Below are positions 49,649 to 56,912 of a stretch of DNA of 64,000 bases, piece after piece. The stretch covers positions 32,001 through 96,000 of the forward strand of contig JAUSFL010000036.1 of NCBI GenBank assembly GCA_030649735.1. The letters are read 5' to 3'. Position 1 is the first letter of the stretch. Every line of letters begins with the position of its first letter. This stretch comes from Candidatus Iainarchaeum sp. (GTDB lineage Archaea; Iainarchaeota; Iainarchaeia; Iainarchaeales; UBA10191). The position numbers and the translations under genes were made by a program. The notes beneath the pieces were generated by a model, which had not been told where the DNA came from, made no database searches, and saw nothing but the letters and a program-made list of their open reading frames with translations.

Positions 49649-50431
49649 ATGCCAAAAAAGCCAGCAAAAATTGCAAAGCCAATCCAACAACAGCCTAAAA
49701 AACGGTTTTTCAAAAGGGCTTTAGTGACTGGCGGAGTGATTGCTGGATTGACGCTTGGCGGAATTACAGCACTAAAAAATTCAGCATTGCGGGAAAAGAT
49801 TGAATTCAAAAGAGCAGAGATTTCCGCAATTCGGGCTGAAAAAAAAGGCCAATTTTCAATCGGCTTTTGGGCAAATTCAAAAAAGCCAGAACAGCTTTCA
49901 AAGACAGTGAATTACGCGCTTGGCTTTTTGCAAAAGGAATTGCCTGCAGAACTGAATGGAAAAAAAGTAAGCGTTTACCTTGTGAACGAGCTTCCAAAGA
50001 CAGGATTTACTGAATCTTACGATTTGGCGCTCGCTAAAGCTAAAACTCCAAAAAGATTTGTCGACACTCCGGTTAATTTTGTTCCTGGAGAAACTCCCGC
50101 ATTTAATGTCCACTTGAACTTGCAAGAGGTTACAAACTCACTGGGCAAGCTTGCAAGCGTTGAAAGAATCAATGCAAGAAGCTTTGGGCTAATCTTCAAC
50201 CAAGTTGCCGGAACCGCAATTATTTTTGAAAAAAACAGGAGCATAATTGACCGAAGATATGCCACAACTTCAGAAATGCGCCATGAATTGGAATTAAAGA
50301 CTTTTGAGAAAGGAATTGGGGCTCTTTCAAGATTCGCGCAAAACAGGCCAAAAAATTCCCGATTCAGGCAAAACCTTGAACTAGAGGTAAAATTCCAGCA
50401 AGGGCTTCTTGAAAGCTGGAAGCGTTTTTAA
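49649..50431 (+). CDS. Basic hypothetical protein with one N-terminal TM segment
   Basis: MPKKP... basic N-terminus followed by hydrophobic helix. Confidence 0.6.
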   Translation: MPKKPAKIAKPIQQQPKKRFFKRALVTGGVIAGLTLGGITALKNSALREKIEFKRAEISAIRAEKKGQFSIGFWANSKKPEQLSKTVNYALGFLQKELPAELNGKKVSVYLVNELPKTGFTESYDLALAKAKTPKRFVDTPVNFVPGETPAFNVHLNLQEVTNSLGKLASVERINARSFGLIFNQVAGTAIIFEKNRSIIDRRYATTSEMRHELELKTFEKGIGALSRFAQNRPKNSRFRQNLELEVKFQQGLLESWKRF

Positions 50432-50461
50432 CTATTTTCCAAAACAAGTTCTAAAACAAGC

Positions 50462-50532
50462 GCAGCCGTAGTGTAGCGGTAGCATCCGACCTTCCCAAGG
50501 TCGTAGCCCGAGTTCGAATCCCGGCGGCTGCA
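50462..50532 (+). tRNA. tRNA-Gly(CCC)
   Basis: GCAGCCG/CGGCTGC, CGACC-TT-CCC-AA-GGTCG; T-stem CCGAG/CCCGG has one A-C mismatch. Confidence 0.93.
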
Positions 50533-50591
50533 TTTGAGAAAATAGCAGTAGATTCTTATACTACCTCCAACTTTTTGTTTGCTGGTTATAG

Positions 50592-51596
50592 ATGAAAAAG
50601 ATTGTTTTTGGGCTAATTTTGTTAATTGCTTTGTTTTTGGTTTTTGGATGTACAAGCCCAAACACTATCCCAAATGATAGCGGCTCGAGCGCAACTCCAA
50701 ATAATAGCGGCCCGAACGTAACTCCAGATAATGGCGGCTCAAATAATTCTGGCAACGGTCAGACTTCCCTGGAACTTACTTTTTTGCCGCCTGCTGTGCT
50801 TCCAGAAGCAGCGGAAGGCACTGATTATTTATATAGTTTTTGCAAACCGCAGTCTGCAATATCAAGCGATTGGAGTTGTGGGTATCGTGGAAGTCCAGGA
50901 GGGACAACAGATCCTAAGGGGGGAACTTGGGCGTATTCGTTCACACCTCAACCTAGCGAATCCTTGCCAGAGGGACTCTACCTTGGCTATAATGGATTAT
51001 TTAAAGGCACGCCAAGGATTCCTGGAACCTATACTTTTGACATATGTGTACGCGAAGATCAACAAGTCAAACTTTGTAAAACCACTTCTATAACTGTCGC
51101 GCCTTACAAGCAAAAAGTGGATTACAATGTTTCAATAACAATTGACTCGGCGGACATCAGCAAATGCAAAATAAGCACCTACTATAACGGTGCTTGGGAA
51201 GTTACTGCCCATGGAACAATGACATCTAATGTAAACTTTCGAGAAGGGTATGGAAATACGAACGGAGATAAAGCCCCCGCTGTTGAATTTTGGATGCTAG
51301 CCACTACCGCAAAATATGGGGAGATGGGTTATACTGTAGATGCAGAAGATATGGATTGCGGGGCATGGAAATTAGTCGATAAAGAAGGACATTTACCGTA
51401 TTGCGAGAAAGAAGCTGGAGACCCTGACACAGCCATTTGGAAACTCACTTATTCAAGGGGAACTATTGCATCAGAAATTGTAAGCGTTGGGGCAAGCATA
51501 ACTTCTTACAATCCAAACTATTATGCAGATTATGTTCCGATTTCGACCGAGTTAACATTATATTCTAAGATTACAAAATCAGCCGGCACCTGCTAG
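50592..51596 (+). CDS. Lipoprotein-like surface protein with Ig-like (He_PIG-type) domain; cargo of cassette 1
   Basis: MKK-hydrophobic-FGC lipobox, Asn/Ser/Pro linker, LPEGL...GTP..PGTYTF. Confidence 0.75.
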   Translation: MKKIVFGLILLIALFLVFGCTSPNTIPNDSGSSATPNNSGPNVTPDNGGSNNSGNGQTSLELTFLPPAVLPEAAEGTDYLYSFCKPQSAISSDWSCGYRGSPGGTTDPKGGTWAYSFTPQPSESLPEGLYLGYNGLFKGTPRIPGTYTFDICVREDQQVKLCKTTSITVAPYKQKVDYNVSITIDSADISKCKISTYYNGAWEVTAHGTMTSNVNFREGYGNTNGDKAPAVEFWMLATTAKYGEMGYTVDAEDMDCGAWKLVDKEGHLPYCEKEAGDPDTAIWKLTYSRGTIASEIVSVGASITSYNPNYYADYVPISTELTLYSKITKSAGTC

Positions 51597-51600
51597 TGTG

Positions 51601-51638
51601 GATATCTAACCCCAACCCGCTAAAACTCGGCGGCTGCA
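51601..51638 (+). repeat. Conserved arm plus tRNA-Gly 3'-end copy (att-like site 2)
   Basis: GATATCTAACCCCAACCCGCTAAAA-CTCGGCGGCTGCA. Confidence 0.85.
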
Positions 51639-51831
51639 TCAGCAGACGCGACTGCTTACTGCCAACAAACTAATAAAATAAGCAAAGACCGCAAAAATGG
51701 GCTTTAAGCTTGTTTTTGGCTTTTAACTGCATAATTGGCTTATTTTAAGCGTTTAAAGCAGGAGAAAGCTCCTGATTAAATCAAGAAAAGCTTTAAATAT
51801 TGCGCAATAGTATTGTAATTACAATTAGTCC

Positions 51832-51857
51832 CCTGCCATTGCTTCGGCAACGGCAGG
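51832..51857 (+). other. Stable cUUCGg hairpin upstream of NYN gene (candidate sRNA)
   Basis: CCTGCC-A-TTGC-TTCG-GCAA-C-GGCAGG, TATA-like box upstream, T-tract downstream. Confidence 0.5.
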
Positions 51858-51920
51858 CTTTCTCTTATTCTCTTTTTTTTTCCATTCTGCTTAAATATTT
51901 CTTCAGCAATAAATGATTCA

Positions 51921-52547
51921 ATGCTAAAGAAAATTGTATTTGTTGATGGGAGCAACTTGTACCATTCAATGAGAGATGACAATATTGACCCAAGAATAAT
52001 CGACTTGGCAAAATTCTTTGAGAAAATTAGCGGGGAAAAAGATCCAACAGTAAGGTATTATACTGCCCCGAGAAAAAGAGAAGAAGACGCTGAAAAATAC
52101 GTTCAACAGCAAAGATTCTTTACAGAATTAAAGAACAGAAACCCGAATTTGACAATAATCTTTGGAAGGCTTCAAAAGAACAAGGAAGCAGACCCAAAAG
52201 CAAGAAGCCTGGTTGTGAAAGCATTGGGCTTTTGCGAGAATTGCGCTCAAAAAATACCCAAATTATTCTCAACACTAAGAATTGACAAACCGCACCGGGA
52301 AAAAGGAGTTGACGTGAAAATTGCCTTGGACTTGGCAATAATGGCAGGAACAAATGAATTTGACTTAGCAATACTCCTTTCAGGAGACGCTGACTTGGCT
52401 CCAGCAGTCCAAATAGCAGTCAAGAACGGAAAGAAAGTAATTAACGGAAGATTCAAAAATTCAAGCTCCAGCGAACTAAGAAACATTTGCACTTCCAACT
52501 TTCTAATAACCGAAGAAATACTGAAAGATTGCGTTAGAAAACACTAA
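51921..52547 (+). CDS. NYN/LabA (PIN-like) domain ribonuclease
   Basis: VFVDGSNLYH, EKGVDVKIALD, LSGDADLAP. Confidence 0.92.
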   Translation: MLKKIVFVDGSNLYHSMRDDNIDPRIIDLAKFFEKISGEKDPTVRYYTAPRKREEDAEKYVQQQRFFTELKNRNPNLTIIFGRLQKNKEADPKARSLVVKALGFCENCAQKIPKLFSTLRIDKPHREKGVDVKIALDLAIMAGTNEFDLAILLSGDADLAPAVQIAVKNGKKVINGRFKNSSSSELRNICTSNFLITEEILKDCVRKH

Positions 52548-52557
52548 GGTTGATTTT

Positions 52558-53049
52558 ATGAAAGAAAGAAAAGAAGAATTAGCAAAGGTAACAAGGCAAG
52601 AATTTTTCAAAGAACTCAATAAATTGAAAATCAGAAAAATATTGAAAGTACCTAATGAGTACCTTGTTGGAAAGGAGAGATTTTTAGGAGACTATTACGT
52701 TGGCTGGTTGGCTGATATTTTAGATTACCAAAATGAAGAGAAAATAGTAGATCTTGGAGTGGCTTACCTTTTTGGACGGGCTTTTGTTATTGCGCAGGAC
52801 AGAATTCTAGATAATCCTTGCCAGGAAAACAAAGATTATGTAATTGCAGCCCCCATATTACTTAAAGAATTCTTAGAAAGAAATCAAAAAATAGTTGGGA
52901 ATTCTAATTTTGAAAAAGAGGCGGGCCAAGTACTATTTGAATACACGTTAGCAAATCTGAAAGAATCAAAAAGAAAGAAAAGCCCATTCACAAAGTTCCT
53001 CACTGAAGAAATAATAAAACAACATTCAAAGAAACAGAAAGTGATTTGA
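52558..53049 (+). CDS. Hypothetical helical protein, possibly truncated
   Basis: 163-aa ORF; QDRILD resembles a DDxxD-type motif. Confidence 0.55.
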   Translation: MKERKEELAKVTRQEFFKELNKLKIRKILKVPNEYLVGKERFLGDYYVGWLADILDYQNEEKIVDLGVAYLFGRAFVIAQDRILDNPCQENKDYVIAAPILLKEFLERNQKIVGNSNFEKEAGQVLFEYTLANLKESKRKKSPFTKFLTEEIIKQHSKKQKVI

Positions 53050-53474
53050 TGCAAATTGGGAAAGACTTTATTGGAGTGAGTTGCGGAGCGCAAATAATCA
53101 ATGAGAAAAAGCAGATTTTACTAATGAAAAGAAGCAAAAAATGCAAAAACAAGCCAGGCTATTGGATGAATGCCGGCGGAAAAGTCGAATTCTTTGAAAA
53201 AATAGAAAACGCGGTAAAAAGAGAGGTAATGGAAGAACTCGGCGTTAAAATCAAAATACTGAAATTGCTTCCAGTGCTTGACGACATTAAAACAGCAGAA
53301 AAACAGCATTGGATAGCCCCGCAATTCCTTTGCAAAATAACAAAAGGCGCTCCGCGAAACAAGGAGCCGGAAAAATGCGAGGAAATCAAATGGTTTAACT
53401 TGGAGAAAATCCCAAAAAAGACAACAAAAACAACAAAAAACGGAGTAAGAGAAATCAAAAAGATAGTGAAATAA
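53049..53474 (+). CDS. Nudix hydrolase
   Basis: GGKVEFFE...AVKREVMEELG Nudix box; EPEKC. Confidence 0.92.
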   Translation: MQIGKDFIGVSCGAQIINEKKQILLMKRSKKCKNKPGYWMNAGGKVEFFEKIENAVKREVMEELGVKIKILKLLPVLDDIKTAEKQHWIAPQFLCKITKGAPRNKEPEKCEEIKWFNLEKIPKKTTKTTKNGVREIKKIVK

Positions 53475-53938
53475 TGATTATCCGAAAAGCCAAGCTTGAA
53501 AACGCGAGAGAAATAAGCCTGCTCTTATGCAATACAATAAAAACAGTGAATCGCAAGGACTATACTGCCAGGCAAATTAAAGCATGGTTAACAAGAAACG
53601 ATTACAAGTCAATCAAAAATAAAATACTAAGCGGAAGAACCATCTTTGTCGCCATTAACAAATCAAAAATTGTCGGCATAATCGCCTTATTTCTTAACGA
53701 ATGCAAAATTGGCGCACTTTATGTCAAACACACCCTGCACAACCAAGGCATAGGCACAAAACTGTTAAATTATGCTGAAAAACTGGCCAAAAGAAAAGGC
53801 TTGAAAAAGCTAAAGCTAAATTCAACAAAAACTGCTTTTGAATTCTACAAAAGCAAAGGATACAAAAAAATTAGAATGGCAAGCCATACAACAAATGGCG
53901 TCAAAACTCCAACAATACTAATGGTAAAAAATTTATGA
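53474..53938 (+). CDS. GNAT family N-acetyltransferase
   Basis: IRKA start, LYV..HNQGIGTKLL, AFEFYKSKGY. Confidence 0.92.
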   Translation: MIIRKAKLENAREISLLLCNTIKTVNRKDYTARQIKAWLTRNDYKSIKNKILSGRTIFVAINKSKIVGIIALFLNECKIGALYVKHTLHNQGIGTKLLNYAEKLAKRKGLKKLKLNSTKTAFEFYKSKGYKKIRMASHTTNGVKTPTILMVKNL

Positions 53939-54044
53939 ACCAACAAAATAAAGGAGTTGAAATTATGAAAAAAACCTTAGAACTGGATCGAATCCAATCT
54001 TCCGAAAACCGCAAGCCTCAAACTGCCCACCCAGCAAGCAGAGG

Positions 54045-54058
54045 TCCCGGCGGCTGCA
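54045..54058 (+). repeat. tRNA-Gly 3'-end copy (att-like site 3)
   Basis: TCCCGGCGGCTGCA, identical to 50519-50532. Confidence 0.8.
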
Positions 54059-54101
54059 AAAATATTTAAAGCCAGCAAAACTTGATTCTATTGATGATTA
54101 A

Positions 54102-54884
54102 ATGAAAAAAGTATTTGCTTTAATTTTGATAATTATCGGCTTGGCTGCTGCTATTTTTCTTGGTAGTTCGCTGTTTGATAAACTTAGTTATTTTTTGATT
54201 GCAGTCTTCGGACTATTTTTCATGCTTAAACCAGGAAAACAAGTGCAGATTAACAAAGAAACTGTCACTCCAGAATCAGCCAATATTTTATTTAAAGAGC
54301 ATGATTTTACAGAGAATGAAAAAGAATCATATCGAGAAGCATTGCTTCAGGTCAAGGACATTACAGAAAACCCTTCAAAATGGGCGGCCTTTATTATTTT
54401 TTCAGGAGTACTCTCAATTCCTGTTTTTTTAAGCAAAACCATGTCAACAATCCCTGCATTGCTTGTTTTAAGCATTGCATTTGTACTCGCTCTTTTCATT
54501 AAAGAGCTTAATATTTTTGCTATAAGAGGCAATAAGTTTTACCAGCTTATCGGGGGTTTAGCTTTTGTCTACGTCTTTACAGGGGCGGGGTTTTTAATTA
54601 GCGTTGGCGAGTCTGGCAAAACTTTCATTCCGATAAATTGGATTCAAATTGGATATTATTACTTGTATTTTTTATCATTCCTCACTTGTATTGCATTAGC
54701 AACCATTGGGCTTGTTTACTTCAAGAAAACAAAAAGAAACCTTTACGAAGCATTAGTGTATCGAGAAAACACAACCCTAACCAGCAGCATCTTATTTGCA
54801 AGAGGATATTTGATAGCTATCAACATTTTTTCAATTTTTATGATAGCTTACAATGTAGTGCTTGCAATTTTGTTCATCCAATAA
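54102..54884 (+). CDS. Multi-pass membrane protein; cargo of cassette 3
   Basis: About seven hydrophobic segments. Confidence 0.7.
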   Translation: MKKVFALILIIIGLAAAIFLGSSLFDKLSYFLIAVFGLFFMLKPGKQVQINKETVTPESANILFKEHDFTENEKESYREALLQVKDITENPSKWAAFIIFSGVLSIPVFLSKTMSTIPALLVLSIAFVLALFIKELNIFAIRGNKFYQLIGGLAFVYVFTGAGFLISVGESGKTFIPINWIQIGYYYLYFLSFLTCIALATIGLVYFKKTKRNLYEALVYRENTTLTSSILFARGYLIAINIFSIFMIAYNVVLAILFIQ

Positions 54885-54933
54885 AAAAGAGAATATTTAA
54901 ATATCTGCAGATAATATTAGGAACTGATAATTG

Positions 54934-55116
54934 ATGACTCTAGAATTTAATAACCCAATATTCCCTGCTTTGGGACTTTTATTAATCGTCATTTCAATAA
55001 TTGACATTTTTATCTCAAGCTCAATGCTTTCATTAGTTGGGGATGCCCTTGGAATTATTGCTGGTTTAGCGCTTATAATAAGATACTTTTTAACAAAAAA
55101 AGGTGCGAAAAAATGA
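54934..55116 (+). CDS. Small two-TM membrane protein
   Basis: Hydrophobic 60-aa ORF overlapping the next start (ATGA). Confidence 0.55.
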   Translation: MTLEFNNPIFPALGLLLIVISIIDIFISSSMLSLVGDALGIIAGLALIIRYFLTKKGAKK

Positions 55117-55505
55117 AATTGAGTCTTTTGATTATTTTTGGAATAATGTGTCTCGTAACTCTTAGTGGTTGCGCACAAAACCCCAGTGATACTCCATTAA
55201 TTGTAAGACAAAACTTTGACAACATTGACTTAAGTAATTTCCAAAACTGCAAAGGCGTTTTTTTAGTACAAGACAGTTATGATATCGGACTTGCAGTCTT
55301 TGTTGCGGGAGATGTTGCAAAGGGAGAAATAGCCGTTGGGGATAAAACTAATATAGATGGAAATACAATAGTAGTAAAAACCATTGAAGGCAATAAGAAA
55401 CAATGGGATAAAGCCATTAAAACATACCGTGTTGGGCTAAACTTTGAAAGACAAATTACAAAAGAGTCATATAAGCCAAACGACCTTATCTGCTTCAACC
55501 CTTGA
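55113..55505 (+). CDS. Small lipoprotein
   Basis: MK-hydrophobic-LSGC lipobox. Confidence 0.7.
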   Translation: MKLSLLIIFGIMCLVTLSGCAQNPSDTPLIVRQNFDNIDLSNFQNCKGVFLVQDSYDIGLAVFVAGDVAKGEIAVGDKTNIDGNTIVVKTIEGNKKQWDKAIKTYRVGLNFERQITKESYKPNDLICFNP

Positions 55506-55526
55506 TTACATTTAAGGAATCTGACA

Positions 55527-55563
55527 GATACTAACCCCAACCTGCTAACACTCGGCGGCTGCA
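55527..55563 (+). repeat. Conserved arm plus tRNA-Gly 3'-end copy (att-like site 4, distal)
   Basis: GATACTAACCCCAACCTGCTAACA-CTCGGCGGCTGCA; near-identical to 51601-51638. Confidence 0.85.
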
Positions 55564-55617
55564 TTTTGCAGTAAGAATTTAAACAACTTGATCCTTCAAA
55601 TTAAGTGCTGGTTTTGA

Positions 55618-55830
55618 ATGGGTGCTGAAGAAAAAATGAGCAGGGAAGCTTTTGACCGCTTCAACAACTTAAAAATGGCTTACGGTTCAATGATTGTTGA
55701 CTTCACTTTTAACGCGTTAAAGATCAGGATGCCAATGGCGAGCGATGACGAGCTGGTGGTTGCAGTCGCTAAACGCTTGAGGAAAAAAAAGAATGAAAAA
55801 TTGCTGGAAAAGCAGAATTCGCTGTTGTAA
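55618..55830 (+). CDS. Small hypothetical protein
   Basis: 70-aa ATG ORF. Confidence 0.55.
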   Translation: MGAEEKMSREAFDRFNNLKMAYGSMIVDFTFNALKIRMPMASDDELVVAVAKRLRKKKNEKLLEKQNSLL

Positions 55831-55843
55831 AATCAAGAGAGAA

Positions 55844-56845
55844 TCATTTCTTTTTTTTCAGGAAATCCAGCGCTATTTCATTTATTGAATGCTTTGCAAT
55901 AGTGAATTTTTCATAGTCTTTAAGGTAAAAGTAAACGCCCAGTTGGAAAAAGTCCTTGCCGACTTTTTCAATGTAGATTTTAAAAGATGATTTTTTTTCC
56001 AATCCTTCAATCCTGCCAGCGCCGGCCTTTTTTTCAAGCAAGGAAACCAGCTTTTTCACGCCAGCCCATGCCGGAACATCAATCAAGACTATTGCATTAG
56101 AATCGTGGTATGTTCTGGAAAGGTTTGTAATGCGCTGTTTTGCAAACTCGCTGTTGGAAATTATTATTTTGTTTCCATTCAAGTCTTCAAGCATTGCGCT
56201 CCGCAATCCGATTTTTTCAAGCCTTGCAATTTCATCATTGTTGAGCTTTAAGAAATCCCCGTAATAGAACGGTCTGTCAAGCTGTAATGCCAGGCCTGCA
56301 AACAAATTTGCCAAGGTTTCCTGGGAAGCAAGCCCTAAAACCAGGACAGCAACGCTTGTTACTGCCAAGACTCCTGTCAAGTCAACGCCAATCACTGCCA
56401 GGCCTATTGAAATTCCCAATAAGGGGATTACAACACGGGAAATTTTCCTTACAAAAGGCAATAATGAAATGTCCATTTTGAATTTTGAAAGCTCATTCCC
56501 TTCAACGTAATACCACCGCAATAAGGCCCCAAAAATTTCAGAAAGCATGAAAGAGGCAAGAATGATTATTATTGAAAGCAAGTATTTTGAAATCGCCTGG
56601 CTTATGGCCTGCAAGTTTGCAAAAAGCCCTGAAAGAAAAAACAATGCCAATAGAATGACTATTGTTTGAAGCGGCTTTTCCATTGCCTCAATTAGGAAGT
56701 CGTCAAGCTTGCTTTTTGTTTCCCTAGTCAGCCTTTTGAAAACTAGCAAAATTGCCTTGTGCAGGAATTTTCCCAGAAAAAAGCCCAAAAAAGCAATGAC
56801 TAGGATTTCAAATCCAAAAACCGCAAAATCTACCAGCAAAACCAT
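55844..56845 (-). CDS. mscS: Small-conductance mechanosensitive channel (MscS family)
   Basis: GLASQETLANLFAGL..DRPF..GD, IGLRS, ISNS. Confidence 0.9.
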   Translation of the reverse strand: MVLLVDFAVFGFEILVIAFLGFFLGKFLHKAILLVFKRLTRETKSKLDDFLIEAMEKPLQTIVILLALFFLSGLFANLQAISQAISKYLLSIIIILASFMLSEIFGALLRWYYVEGNELSKFKMDISLLPFVRKISRVVIPLLGISIGLAVIGVDLTGVLAVTSVAVLVLGLASQETLANLFAGLALQLDRPFYYGDFLKLNNDEIARLEKIGLRSAMLEDLNGNKIIISNSEFAKQRITNLSRTYHDSNAIVLIDVPAWAGVKKLVSLLEKKAGAGRIEGLEKKSSFKIYIEKVGKDFFQLGVYFYLKDYEKFTIAKHSINEIALDFLKKKK

Positions 56846-56912
56846 ACCATGTAACTTAATGTCAAAAGTTTAAAAAACACATTATAAAAACAAAATCCTT
56901 GACTAATTGATA

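Larger units (their letters stand above)
50520..55563 (+). mobile_element. Tandem array of three integrase-less cassettes integrated at the tRNA-Gly 3' end
   Basis: Four direct copies of CYCGGCGGCTGCA (50520, 51626, 54046, 55551); accessory cargo, all on the + strand. Confidence 0.8.

Noticed and set aside
50520-55563. CRISPR array interpretation of the recurring 13-nt repeat
   Set aside because: Spacing is 1-2.4 kb with whole genes between copies, the repeat equals the tRNA end, and there are no cas genes. No CRISPR array was seen anywhere in the window.
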